From Flectonema sp. DT1601 (taxonomy: Eukaryota): a DNA stretch of 64,000 nucleotides. The number at the start of each line of letters is the position of its first letter. Within the stretch, counting starts at the first letter, position 1. The stretch covers positions 930,001 through 994,000 of the forward strand of contig OZ025782.1 in assembly GCA_964019425.1 (NCBI GenBank). The letters are read 5' to 3'. Shown piece after piece: positions 49,354-61,791 of the stretch. Under the pieces are notes generated by a model that did no database searches, was not told where the DNA came from, and was given only the letters and a program-made list of their open reading frames with translations. The position numbers and the translations under genes are program-made.

Positions 49354-52227
49354 TTAAACCTTTAATGGTGATAATCGCTTTACACTGCACCTTCGTCGGT
49401 TTCTAAATAACAAATAACGAATGAATACACCCACTGGGATACTTCCACAGCTGAGAGTTAAGCACTTGCACCACATTGACCAAGGAAGTGGAACTACCCC
49501 AAAGAAGATACCTCCGTAGTTTATTATCATTACCTGTTGGTGGTGTTGTTTTGAATGAGGAAGTTAAAATAAAACAATCTCCTGTTTGAATAAAGAACAC
49601 ACCTGAGAAGCAGCTATTACAAATGCGATAATCACGAGGATGTGAGAGTGGTGCAGGTCAGTAAAAATATTGAGATCTACTCCCAGAATACGAGCGTTAA
49701 AAAAGTTAAAGACCTGCATCAACACAAACGTATTAAATACAACAGTGAGATGGATATCAGAAAAGTACTCCGCCTGTAACCAAGAGTGTCCTCTGAGTAG
49801 CAAGAACAGACAAACATGAAGCTGATAGCTACCGTGTCCAATAATAAATCCCCACATATTACGAGAGATTATCGGTGAGTCCTTCGGTACAGGAGGTTCT
49901 TTAATTAACTTTGGTGACGGCAGTTCCGTAGCCAGACCAAGAGCAGCAAGACTGTCCATAATTAAGTTAAGCCACAGAAGTTGAACTGGTTTCAAAGGAG
50001 AAAGGTTTGACTCACTGAAGAAGGCACCAGCTACAGCGATGGCACACGCAGCTCCATTAACAGTCAGTTGGAATTGAATGAACTTCTTAATGTTGCTGTT
50101 GACGTTTCTACCCCACAGGATTGCCTTAGCGACTCCAACGAAATTATCATCCGTCAGAATGATGTCGGAGGCTGCTTTGGCTACTTCAGTACCAGAGTTC
50201 ATTGCAAAACCGACATCTGCGCACTTCAGTGCTGGGCCATCATTGGTTCCATCACCAGTAACAGCAACAACTTGTAAGGGATCGTATTTCAGAGTCTCAA
50301 CAAGTATTTTCTTATCTAAAGGTGTAGCTCTCGCTAGTACTACGAGTGATGATAAAATATCTCGTCGACACTCATCCGTCATTGCTCGGAATTCTCGTCC
50401 ATCCATTGCCATTCCAATGCCGTGTTCATAAATTCCACACTTGGTAGCCACAGCTGTGGCACTAATCTTATTATCACCAGTGACCATCATAACTTTAACA
50501 CCTGCTTCTTTACATTGTTCAATAGCTCCGCGTACTTCTGGTCGAATTGGTTCTTCGATTCCAACAAGAGCTAAGAAAGTAGACTCGTCAACGTTAAAGT
50601 CTTCCTCGTTGTAGGAAGATGATTTACTCATAGCAACAGAGATAGTACGAAGACCATTCTCAGCGTATCCATTCAAAGCTCTTTCAATTTGTTTACGAAC
50701 TTCATCTGAAATTCTTTCAACACTTCCATTTGATGTCATCCAGTGAGAACACTTTTCTAAAACCATTTCTGATGCCCCTTTTGTGTATAATGTCGATCCT
50801 AAGTTAGATCTTGATGTGTGTTTCCCAAGTACTCTGTCAGCTATTCTTGTACAGGACATTTTACGAGCTGATGTGAACTGCAATCGAGAGTACTCATTTT
50901 GGATATCACTCCACTCGACGAAGTGTCCCAAACATTTTGTCATATTTACGAGAGTGATGGCCGTCTTATTAAATTCTTCGATACTTGAGAAACAGATCGC
51001 CCTGCAGATTTCAGAAAGATGATGTTCTGCGATGTGACCTTTGATGTTACCACTTTGTCTGATGTCCAAATGATTACCAGCGACCCATATTTGTGTTGCA
51101 TTCATATCATTTGTTGTTAAAGTACCAGTCTTGTCACTACAAATACACGTCGCTCCTCCCATTGTCTCACACGCTGATAAGTGACGTACGAGATTCTTGT
51201 CTTCCAACATCTGATGCATTGAGTACGCTAATGAGATTGTTACCGACAGCGGTAATCCTTCTGGAACAGCAACTACGACAATAGCAACCGCAGTAGTTAA
51301 CATCTCCCAATATTTCATAAATGAAAACTTCTGTCCATCAATCGCAAATAGAAAATAAGTCTCCTTGACGGCCAATATAATAAATGTCAGCGTCGCAGCG
51401 ACAATACCGAACTTCCCAATTGTGTCCGCAAGGTCTTCAAGTTTTTCCTGCAAAGGAGTTGGTTTCTTCTTCGCACGAGTAGCGATAGCGATGGATCCCG
51501 AGAAGGATAAAACACCAACAGCGACTACGAGAGCAATTCCATTTCCTTCTATTTGAGAGGTTCCACTAATAAGAAATGGGTCGCTGTGACCTTTTGAAAT
51601 CTCATCCGGCTCACCCGTTATGTCTGACTCGTCGAATACAACTCCAGTGCCGCGGACTAGAACGCAGTCAGCGGAACAGCGATCACCCGGATTTATATGG
51701 AGAAGGTCTCCTACAACTATTTCAGAACTGTGAATAGTTTCCCTTCCACCTGATCTAGTAACTGTTATATGTTTATCATATTCTGTATTAGTGTGAAGTT
51801 CAGCAAACTTTTCTTGTTTTTTGAAATCATTTATCGCCGTTACAAAAATAACAATTCCGACACTAACTAAGATGGCAGCTCCCTCAACCCAACCAGTCGC
51901 GTACTCAACGACACCTGTCCGTGGGTCTGGTGTAGTCATTCCCAAGACGAGTGATAGAATGGCTGCTCCGATTAATATTAACATCGTTTTGTCATTTGCT
52001 GCATCCTTCATAAACTCATAGAGAGTCATCCTCTCTGGTGGTGGTAATTCATTTATTCCATACCTCATCCTTCTCATGTCAGTTTGTTCTCCAGCACTAA
52101 TTCCTTCTTCTAGAGATGATCCTAATGCACTCGCAATCCCTTCTGGTCCTCCTAACTTTTCAAGGACTTCGTATTCCTTGTTTCCTACCATGTCTCGAAG
52201 GGTCTCCCCATCAATATAAAAAGTCAT
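49354..52227 (-). CDS. P2B (PMCA-type) Ca2+-transporting P-type ATPase, two exons (49603-52227 and 49354-49533), ~934 aa
   Basis: VVAVPEGLPL, CSDKTGTLT, MVTGDN, VAVTGDGTNDGPALK, QLLWLNLIMDS. A 69-nt GTGTGT...AACAG intron restores the final TM region (Q|VMIINYGGIFFGVVPLPWSMW). Confidence 0.95.
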
Positions 52228-52950
52228 CTTTTCGATGAGGGGAGAGTAGCTGTTGGTAGAACAGAAGATTATTTTTCAATGAGATCACACCACTACACTA
52301 CTCGTAATGTCTCCTGATGTAAGAAAGTTAAGAATATTTATTACTAATTAACTACTTCATCAACTCGATGCACAAAATGGGAGAAATCTTTTCTTCAATC
52401 GAATATCTTACAAAACACAAGAACACCAGAGGGAGGGGAAAAGTGGTTAATTAATTTATTCGACGTAAAATATATATATTGGACCATTGCCAGCAGTTGA
52501 CATCTTATTAATGAAATAGTAACAACAATGAGTGTTTACTCCTTTTTGAGGTAACTACTGGTCTTCCAGAGTATACTCATCAGATACTACTCATCAGTAT
52601 TCCGTAGAATTAAAGTAGTCTTCGTTGTTGGTACTCATTCAGGAGGATGGGGGAAGGAAGAGAGCAAAATATGAAGCCTCGGCGAGAAAAGTTCTTCCAA
52701 CCGATGAAGATAACAAAACATAAAATAATCTTTATTAAAAACAAAATCAATACATTTCCAACAACGAAGAACTTCGTTTATTTTTGTGCTTTCAATTAAA
52801 CACACGAACTATCCGACGCAAGTCTGATTGCCATCCGTCGACAAAACTTAATGAAGATGGGAAACACTCATGACTTGTACTCTGATGAGCATCAGTTGAG
52901 GTCTATGAAGTCGCAGACGTATCAAATAATACGACACTCGCAATCATCTT

Positions 52951-53961
52951 CTAATCATCAGCACTCGGTTGTAACGACACTTCAACAAAAGAATTATCAG
53001 TCGGAGGCTTCTCTGACATCCCAACAGGAGGAGGTGAATATGTACTCTCAAGTTGATTAGATTTGTCAGGTATTGCAACAGGACCATCATCACTGAGTTC
53101 ATGTTCTAATGATGCTCGTCTAGTCATCTCTGTTGGAGGAGGATCAACTGTTGTCTCAGAGTATGATTTACATTTCATCCATGAGGCTAGTCGAGGATAC
53201 AGTGCTTGCATAGGATCAGTTCCGTAAACAATCGCATTAAACAACCCGAGTGACCTTCCGAATATAATATGAAGAACTTCAAAAGCAAACACATCTTCAC
53301 CAGCAGCCTGAACAATTCGATTTACAGTTCCAGGAAGCCAGGCTAATATTAACACAGCTGGGTATAAATGAAGACGATGAAGACGAGAAGAGGTGCTATT
53401 TACAGGACCGTGATGTTGTACTACAACTTTCTTATATTCATGAATTATTAATGCATACACGATTGCATTGAAAACTACAACAAACCAAAGAGGAAGATAG
53501 AAATAAAGTAATCTCTGTCCCTCATCTTTTACCCAACAGAGTCCAGATCCGGCATCTCCGTAGTCATTTTTAAACGCTCCGATTATGGCAGTGAGGAGGG
53601 GTAGTCCCCAACTGAAAACAAAATAACTCGGGAAATATGCATCGCCTTTCTTACCGAATTTGTATGACAGGAATATAGTTATAGACAACGAAACAGATAT
53701 ACATGCTGACCAGAATATGGGAACTAAGTCCACCCAAGTCGTTAAGAATCCAATTACTTTACATCCAACAGTGTCTCCAACTGGGACTGCTAGGCTGACT
53801 AAACTAACAATGTCAGATACGATATCAGCAATCGACAACCATATTAATAATTTAATATTTCCTCCAAATCTCAAATATGAAAACAATATCAGGGCTGAAC
53901 CAGCAAGCGAAGCAGTAGCACTGACAGCCAACACCGACTTTAAAACATACGTTTCCGACAT
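52951..53961 (-). CDS. 7-TM receptor of the cAMP-receptor (CAR)/GCR1-like GPCR type
   Basis: Seven hydrophobic helices; LIWLSIAD, CKVIGFL, FWSACIS, WGLP, CWV, YLPLW, RLHLYPAVLILAWLPGTVNR, GLFNAIVYG; likely start ATG at 53961. Confidence 0.85.
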   Translation of the reverse strand: MSETYVLKSVLAVSATASLAGSALILFSYLRFGGNIKLLIWLSIADIVSDIVSLVSLAVPVGDTVGCKVIGFLTTWVDLVPIFWSACISVSLSITIFLSYKFGKKGDAYFPSYFVFSWGLPLLTAIIGAFKNDYGDAGSGLCWVKDEGQRLLYFYLPLWFVVVFNAIVYALIIHEYKKVVVQHHGPVNSTSSRLHRLHLYPAVLILAWLPGTVNRIVQAAGEDVFAFEVLHIIFGRSLGLFNAIVYGTDPMQALYPRLASWMKCKSYSETTVDPPPTEMTRRASLEHELSDDGPVAIPDKSNQLESTYSPPPVGMSEKPPTDNSFVEVSLQPSADD

Positions 53962-54142
53962 CTTTCTATTTTTACCTTTTTTTTTTTTTTTTGAATAATA
54001 TTTTAAACAAAAGTAAGAAAGTACCATCCAACTAAATATTTTAAATTATAAATATCGTTAATTACTTTTAGCAAGCTGAGAGGTAAACGTAGAAACGAAT
54101 AGAACAGCAGCTGATCTAATATAAATATTTCTACTCCAACTC

Positions 54143-55537
54143 TCAACTTAGAAATTCATTTGAAGGAAAATAACAAAAGTTATTCAACGGATCCAACGGG
54201 AGTGTGTGTGAGGTCGTAAAACCAACAGCTGGTGGTAATCCGAGAGTTGATCGAGAAATAGTATTGGAATCTCTAATGAGTGTCTCACTCACATAAACAG
54301 AACAAAGATACGGATTCTGAAGTAACAACACCCGAAGAGAATTAACAACATTCGGAATATCAATTATCGGATTGTGAGACAGACTCAGACAAGTTAAGCT
54401 ACGAGTTGCATTCTTACCCGACAGCAATTCTAATATTGACACTAAGGCGTTATTATGAATACATAAATCATCTAAAACTAGAGTCTGAAGTCTTTTGTAT
54501 TCTCTAAGTGAATATACTACTTCAACAACACCCGACTCAGACAAACCAGTTCCAGCTAATGATAAATACTTTAAAGGAATCTCACAAGATCTCATAAACG
54601 TATCTGACAGCGTCGTACTATCTAAACAACAATTGTTATCAAGAGAAAGGAATCCCAACGAGTGATTGTTTTGAATGAAATCACAGACAGCCTGACAGCT
54701 GTCAATTGTAAGACCAGTCTCAGCGACATTTAAATAAATAAACCTTTCACTGATTGTAAAGATCTCTGCCATGGCATCTCCAACAACATTGTGACTGACA
54801 TTTAATGAGATCAGAGGTAAGTTTTGACTTCTGCAGCTGTTACACAACACCGACACATCAGCTGCAGAGATATTGCAATTTGATAAATTTAGTTCAGTTA
54901 GTGACTTCGAATACAATAACTTCCCAACCAACTCATGTGGATTTGCGAACGGGTTTCCTGACACAACAAGAATACTCAAAGCTTCACAATTTAGAATTAT
55001 CTCTCCAACTTCTTTTGAATTATCACATCTGCTATTCGATAAATTAATACATCTCAAAGATGAGTGTTTTGATAAACTGAGAAGTAATGACTTACACCAT
55101 CCCGTATTAGTATTAGATAAATCAACACTAGTGAGTGTGTTATTTCTGTATAAATATCTTGATATTGATTCAGCTGTTTGAGAAAGGTCGTTACCACTGA
55201 GGTCTAGTTCTTTAAGGTAATTATTACCTCCGATAAACATCGCAACTTGACCTTCGTAGTCAGTTATTCCACAGCTAGCTATTGATAACTTTCTGATTAT
55301 TGGATTGATTCTCATCGCTTGAAATAGTAATCTCTGAGCTGTCCCTCCGAGTTTTGTTTCTTTCAGTGACAGCTCTCTCAGCTTCGAATCTCTCTTTAAC
55401 AGTATTCTCGCTAGATTATTCGCTGCTGCATCGCTCAGTTGACAATTTCCTAAATTCAGTATTTCTATTTCAGAGTGTGCCACGTTCTCCAGTTGAAGAG
55501 GTGTTATTTCAACATCTCTGAAAGTTATTTCACTCAT
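54143..55537 (-). CDS. Leucine-rich repeat protein (ribonuclease-inhibitor-like)
   Basis: Repeated LxxLxLxxN/C units of ~27-28 aa (e.g. LKELDLSGNDL, LTELNLSNCNI). Confidence 0.9.
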   Translation of the reverse strand: MSEITFRDVEITPLQLENVAHSEIEILNLGNCQLSDAAANNLARILLKRDSKLRELSLKETKLGGTAQRLLFQAMRINPIIRKLSIASCGITDYEGQVAMFIGGNNYLKELDLSGNDLSQTAESISRYLYRNNTLTSVDLSNTNTGWCKSLLLSLSKHSSLRCINLSNSRCDNSKEVGEIILNCEALSILVVSGNPFANPHELVGKLLYSKSLTELNLSNCNISAADVSVLCNSCRSQNLPLISLNVSHNVVGDAMAEIFTISERFIYLNVAETGLTIDSCQAVCDFIQNNHSLGFLSLDNNCCLDSTTLSDTFMRSCEIPLKYLSLAGTGLSESGVVEVVYSLREYKRLQTLVLDDLCIHNNALVSILELLSGKNATRSLTCLSLSHNPIIDIPNVVNSLRVLLLQNPYLCSVYVSETLIRDSNTISRSTLGLPPAVGFTTSHTLPLDPLNNFCYFPSNEFLS

Positions 55538-55826
55538 CGACTATCTCACTTACCATTCTGTAGGTCGTTATTAATGTTTTGCTGTTGAAGAACAAATTAA
55601 AACTGTTTGTTTCTAAACTAACTAAAACTTTAAACGAGACGAACGCAATGTCAGTCTCAAAGCAGAAAGAGGATAGTAACCTGCCAGAGTGAGTGCTTCA
55701 TCGTAATCTAACTTACGAATCAAAAAAGCTACTCGGGGAAAGACTTCTTCAGCGAATGGATAGAACTGTGAAGTTAAATAAAATCTCAGCAGACACCTCA
55801 TTATAGTGCTGTACCCCATCAACAGT

Positions 55827-57113
55827 TCAGTGACTGTGGTTGTTACAGCTCCCACAACTCGGTGCCTCTTGTTTGAAATTCGGGTATTCCTTGGAGCGGG
55901 GAGGACACCAACCACGTCCTTGCGATTGCACATTTCGTTTCGTGTATTTTTTAAAGATACCAAAATCTCTGTCATGTGTGAATGACAAACAAACTTCATC
56001 AGGTGGGGAAGACTCAGCTTCATAAGGAGGTGATGTGTATTGTTCTGAGAGTCTGAATTCTGTTGAACGCATCCAAATAATTAGATTCTGTCGCTCACCA
56101 GAAGTGATGTCATCAGCTCCGTGACGAAGTCTTCCCAAATGAATTAGACATCTCCCAACTCTGTGGTGGATTCTATTTGACGACTTGCGGTGATCAGAGT
56201 GTCCCATAAATCCACAGAACTGTAATCCTGAACCTTCAAAATGTTTACCTAAACATACATTAATAGTAATGTCACTGTCATCTGTGTGCATGTCAAGACC
56301 TAAATCTAGTCCTTCGCGATATTTTATTGTAAAGACATGAGAAGCGTCAACAGTATCAGCGATCTCACCAAATAATTGTCGAACAACAGGAACCAAGTAA
56401 CCCTCAACAAAATGATTAAGTGCAGGACCCAGACCTATAAGTCCCAACACGACTCCATAGTTGTTCATTGTGTTAGGTCTTGTTACGTTAATATTTGAGG
56501 AGTCGATGTTTTCAAGTTCTTCAAGTAGGATATCACAAAAATCTTTTTTCAGTAAAGGACAACTCCAAACCTTACCAGGAATCTCTTCTCTAATTATTGA
56601 TTTAATATTATTATCTTTCATTGCAGCGACTAACTCACTGTCTAAACAATTAGAACTGAAACCATTAGTGTCACCAGGGACATATAACTGTTTATGTTTT
56701 CTTAAAGATTCATACTCGTTTCCTTGTGACATCACTGCTAGGTGTGTGTTTGCTTGTGGGTTGTTACTTCTTTTAGTAACGGTTCTGACACCAACTTGTA
56801 TAAGTGAAATAATTGTTTTAAACTGACCAGGAATAATTCCGTCGTCATCCAGATCGCTGTGAATGATTGGAGTGACAAAGGCTCCTCTAATCGCTTCGTT
56901 ATTTGTTATCTTTGCGTTAAGTGTGTGAATTCCAGCATACGCTCCTTCTCCTTTAATGTGGACTCTTATCATGTAAGATGATTCTTCGTCGATAACCTTT
57001 TCATATATGCCTCTGTCATTCGTCGCGTAGCTTATCTTCCTCGGAGGGTCAATGCCAATCACTCCAGAAATTCGACCAATCTCTGGAAGTTGTCTTTTTA
57101 TTAATGAGAGCAT
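55827..57113 (-). CDS. 2-oxoglutarate/Fe(II)-dependent oxygenase (OGFOD2-like)
   Basis: RPNTMNNYG, LDMHTDDSDITINVCLG (HxD), HLGRLRHGA (distal H), GERQNLIIW (R). Confidence 0.9.
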   Translation of the reverse strand: MLSLIKRQLPEIGRISGVIGIDPPRKISYATNDRGIYEKVIDEESSYMIRVHIKGEGAYAGIHTLNAKITNNEAIRGAFVTPIIHSDLDDDGIIPGQFKTIISLIQVGVRTVTKRSNNPQANTHLAVMSQGNEYESLRKHKQLYVPGDTNGFSSNCLDSELVAAMKDNNIKSIIREEIPGKVWSCPLLKKDFCDILLEELENIDSSNINVTRPNTMNNYGVVLGLIGLGPALNHFVEGYLVPVVRQLFGEIADTVDASHVFTIKYREGLDLGLDMHTDDSDITINVCLGKHFEGSGLQFCGFMGHSDHRKSSNRIHHRVGRCLIHLGRLRHGADDITSGERQNLIIWMRSTEFRLSEQYTSPPYEAESSPPDEVCLSFTHDRDFGIFKKYTKRNVQSQGRGWCPPRSKEYPNFKQEAPSCGSCNNHSH

Positions 57114-58179
57114 GTTTATAAAATCTGAATTAAATAAAATAAAAAAAGTAAAATAAAAAATATAAAATAAAAAAAACTAAATATTCATCATTTCATTGAG
57201 ATAGTTGTGTGTGTTGCTTTGTAATACCTACAAAGAGTGAAGTAATCTTCTTTTCAAAAAAAACACAATTAAGATTAACACAAAAAAAATGAAATATCTG
57301 ACAAAGACAAGACTAAGTCCTCGCAAAAAGGTTCGTTGTAGGTGTTCGTTTATCTTGTTGAGAACACGACTGATACGGAACTAGATCACGTGGGGTCTTG
57401 AAGACGAGAATTGCAACTCGTTCAGGTTCGAGGCACACAAAGCTGGATTTGTTTATTATAGTGACCTCTGAACAGTAGAAGTTACTGAAGAAGGTGTTTT
57501 TGTTTTTTTTTATTTAAAAAAAAAGGGTTGCCAAGGACATGACATAAATCTTAATATTTCCTTTGCACATTATTGACATGTAGGGGTCAAAAGTAAATAC
57601 CAAAATCTGAGAGGAAAACGGAATCGAAAATGTATTTAAAAAAAAAAAAAAATAAAGAATAAGGTAAGAGTGCAAAAGAAAGTTTTAAAAACCTTATTGA
57701 GAGATTTGGTGCTGCAAGCAGAATAAAAGAAATAACAGTGAAAAGTATTAATAATTGTTGGATAAAAAGCAACTTTGGTATGAAACAAGTGCTCCAAATA
57801 AAACGAATACAAAAAAGAAAATCTTCCCAAAACACATACGTTGTTCTGCCCGTTCCATTTACCTTATACCGTCCCTCATCAGGAAGTGGGGACTTCGTTA
57901 CAGTTAATTTTAATAAGACAGATTTAACAACGATTCTATTTTTAAAAGAAAGGAAAAAAAAAATTAGTTAGTTTTGTTTTATAAAACACTCCAAAGAGGT
58001 CAATTCGCAGTATTAAAAGAAACACATCCATAGCCGAAGACTTATCAGTACAGGTTTGATTATATAGCTTCAAGGCTTAAAAAAAAAGGGACGTAATTTA
58101 ATTTTTAAAAAAAAGTTTTTATGGGGAATAGGCAATTTTTCAGCTTTTCCATCTGATATAATTTATAAATAAATATTTC

Positions 58180-58221
<42 letters not shown>

Positions 58222-58439
58222 TCACCAACATAATGCACAACAAAAAAAAAAAATGAAATAAATAAATAAAAATTAGTCAGCTGTTCCACTTTTACAGTAG
58301 AACGAAGCTTTCTTAATCTTTAGCAAGTCAGGTTTATCAACGGTTCTATTTTCTTAATGTCCCTCTGATAGGTGTTGCTCATATTTATTTTATTTTTTTG
58401 AGATGGTTTTTTAGTTAGTCATAGGGTAGGGTTATCAAA

Positions 58440-58910
58440 TAAATAAATAATGCTTGGGTTTCGGGCTAAAAAAATGAAAAAAAAAATCTTTCTTCCGATA
58501 AAGTGGTCGCTACGACGCAACAGTAACGGAAGTACTTAACTCGTACCTTAAGACACGACTGATGAAGTAGAGTTAGAATATGAGTTTGTTCCGTATAACC
58601 CCATTAGAATACGTAGTTTCAGGAGCCTTAATCTTATACTACTTGTCCCTCTTTAGGTCAATCAGTAAGTTCCGGGACTTTCGGTCCCCAGTTTATTTAT
58701 AAACGGATTAATCAATAGTCTATTTCAAAAGAATTGATTTTCTGATGTCCATCGGAGACGGGCTATCATATATTTGCTTTTGATAGTTAGCAATAATGGT
58801 CAAAAGAAGAGGAGAGGGCGGGAAAATTCAATCGAATGCAAAAGTTCGTAGGACAACAAACAAATAATGGTTGGTTTCGGGCTAAAATTAAAAAAATCTT
58901 TCTTCAGACC
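58440..58910 (+). repeat. Diverged copies of a dispersed repeat also present at ~19490-19770 and ~3610-3730
   Basis: GGTTTCGGGCTAAAA at ~58457, ~58873 and ~19522. TACGTA(G/A)TTTCAGG..TTAATCTTAT..TAAGTTCCGG at ~58610, ~19646 and ~3611. Confidence 0.65.
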
Positions 58911-60307
58911 GTTCTCCTTACCCAGCCCTCTTCAGCGAAGAAAGTAAGGGGGACATAGTTAGTAGTTAGTTCATAGTATTAAAAAAAAAATTGAAAAAAA
59001 AAAAAAAAAAAACCGGCATACTTCACTTTTTACTTTCGTACTCACACTTTTGTTTGTTTGTGCGCAACTGGTACAAAATCCTAATAAAGGAATAGGTTAG
59101 TTACGCTGCCATTCTACCGAACAACGGTTTGTAGGTACAAAAAAAAAAAAAAAAAACGAATGGCAAAGGAGAATGGGAGAAAATAAAATAAAAAATATGA
59201 TCATCACATTGAAGACTTCAAAACTCGGTCGGAAATATTTTATTCCCAATTGAATTTGCAAATGAGAACTTTGAAGGCTTTCTGTATAAGACTTTAGACA
59301 CAAAAAAAGACTAGTGATAGCCTGGCTTTTCTTTTTTAAAAATGTTTTCTTCTGACTTAATTTCATTCCCAAAGGAAATATCACTGCCCCTGGGAAAAGG
59401 CGCGAAAAAAGTAGATAACTTTGTTCTTTATAAAGATTAGCGAAACAATTCTCCCAAGAACTGATATCTCCTGCTGAGAGATTGTTGTTTGACTTCATTT
59501 GGTGCAGTGACCAAAACGATAAAAAAAAAAAAATCACAATTATTTACAATAAAACACAACACAAAAAAAAGTACAAGATTTCGAGGTCAGCATGTACATT
59601 GATCAGGGGACTTGGCGACCCGTTTATTTTATTTGAAAGGGAGGGGAGAGCTACAGGAAAAGCTCACGGGGAATCCGGTGAGACTCTCAGCAGTGAGAAG
59701 AGACGTACTCCTTAAGCAACAGATGGTCACCAAGAATACACATACAGAACGAAGAGGTTAGAATGGGCAGAGAAATCAGAAAAAACTAAATAAACGTGAG
59801 AATTCGTTTTTTTTCTGAGCAGAAGTTATCATTTTGTGACCTCGAAAATATGATTCATCATTTCTAATTAATTAAAAAAAAAAACAAACAAAAAAAAAAA
59901 AAAAAAAAACGATCACGCCTAAAAATATAAAACTAAAAAAAAATAAAAACCAAACAAAATCAGATTAATACAACAACAGTACCCATGCGGTAAATAGGAC
60001 TCGGCGCGTAAACATCACCAGAAGTCCTAACACAATTATACTTTGTTGTTGAAGCTCTGTACCTGAAAAGGCGATTCCAATAAATCACAAAAAAAAAAAA
60101 AAAAAAAAGAACTTTCCACTTCCGATAAAAGTAGAAGAAGAAGTAAAAATATTAGTAATAATTACTAATTAGAAAAAAAGAAATTGATTCTATAAACTAA
60201 GATGATATCATTAATGGTTTTTTGTATCCCATGAAAACCGTTTCAGGCTCACATGTTGCCAACCATTCTTTTTCTCTACTTTATTGAAGATAATAACAAA
60301 AAATAAT

Positions 60308-60342
<35 letters not shown>

Positions 60343-60775
60343 AATTCTCTCCCCTTCCGGGTGATGAGATCACGTGCACGAGAGAAGTTTCAACAAAAAA
60401 AAAGAAACAAAAAAAAAAAAAAAAATGCAAAAAAAATTACTTACGAGGACTCGAATGATCACTTGATTGAAAGAATGTGCTTTTGGGTTTCCGTCTAAAG
60501 CGACGTATATAAGAAAGACAACAACAACAATATCGTTTTGGTACTAGCTAACCCAAGTCTTCGTTTACAAACAATTCGAACATTCGAAAATAAGAAAACT
60601 CAAATATAAAATAAAGTAAAGTAAGTAAAACACAAATCACCATTCGGTGAAAGAAATATCTTTATCAAAGTTATAAAATAATATAAACCAACGCAACACA
60701 ATACACTCAACATTATCTGACAGTTACTAATATTAATATTGGTATACAGATCGTAATCACATTCAGTTATTTTGA

Positions 60776-61603
60776 TTATCCGCACACTGCTGACTCAGCA
60801 GCTGCTTCCTTCTCTCTGTCTACTTTACGTTGTTTTCGGAGGTGAATATGAAGTTTTTTACATCCACTAGCTTCAGTACAGGAATCTTTAGTGAAAGGCA
60901 TACAACGATCAACGTCTGAAGCTCTAAGACGCCACTGCGAAGTGCAAACTCTGCATCGGAGAAGGGACCACTTTCGCTTAACACGAACAGAGTCCCAATT
61001 ATTATGAGAACAGGGTCGAGTTAAAGTTGGTACTGGAAGAGGTACTTCATCGTATCCGTCAGGAATACAATCTCTGCATTCGATAAGTTCAGGATCCATT
61101 TCTTCTTCTTTACTAACTGGTTTCATAACCATTCCTGAGATCTTAAAGTCACCTGAGTACTCATCGAGTACGAGTGTTGTGTAATGGAGTCTGTTTGATG
61201 ATGTATGAGTTCCATCTTTATTACAAGTCTGTCTCTGATCGACAACATATTTTATGCAGACAGGTGATGCTCCAGTTTCTGAAACAATATCCAAGTCACT
61301 TGGTATCCAACTAATTGTTGAATCCATTCCCCACACCTTTTCAATCACATTGTTGTAGTAAACTTGCATTGCTTCTCTTCCAACACAACTCCTGTCTTCT
61401 GATCGGTCATCAATCATTCCGCAAACAGTCATTTTGAATGATTGAGTCAAATTCTCATCTGACCATTTAGTAACCCAACCCTCATGCATTGCTTTAAAAA
61501 ACACCGACAGTTCTTCCATCAAGAATGCCAGTGCTCCTGCGTGATTTCCATTAGCTAAAGAAGATACTGACCCTGACTCGAATGAATCTGACAGGCTAGT
61601 CAT
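60776..61603 (-). CDS. Uncharacterised protein with a C-terminal Cys/His-rich putative zinc-binding module
   Basis: PCSHNNWDSVRVKRKWSLLRCRVCTSQWRL...RCMPF...C...CKKLHIH. Confidence 0.8.
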   Translation of the reverse strand: MTSLSDSFESGSVSSLANGNHAGALAFLMEELSVFFKAMHEGWVTKWSDENLTQSFKMTVCGMIDDRSEDRSCVGREAMQVYYNNVIEKVWGMDSTISWIPSDLDIVSETGASPVCIKYVVDQRQTCNKDGTHTSSNRLHYTTLVLDEYSGDFKISGMVMKPVSKEEEMDPELIECRDCIPDGYDEVPLPVPTLTRPCSHNNWDSVRVKRKWSLLRCRVCTSQWRLRASDVDRCMPFTKDSCTEASGCKKLHIHLRKQRKVDREKEAAAESAVCG

Positions 61604-61791
61604 GTGGTGTATTGTAGCTGTGGGGGGATTAACAAAGTCTACTCTTGTGGATGTAAGAAGTCATAATTTGAACTCGAATTCTACGTAACGTACATGTGTG
61701 TGTTTATAATTAAAAAACAGCTCATGGACACACATCGTCTGATTGTTGTATTACAACAAAACTATTCTTGTTCACTGAGTTCATTAGTTCT

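Noticed and set aside
58182..58220. Long poly-T run, and other A-runs such as ~60312-60341
   Set aside because: Simple homopolymers with no associated element ends; their lengths may be sequencing-dependent.
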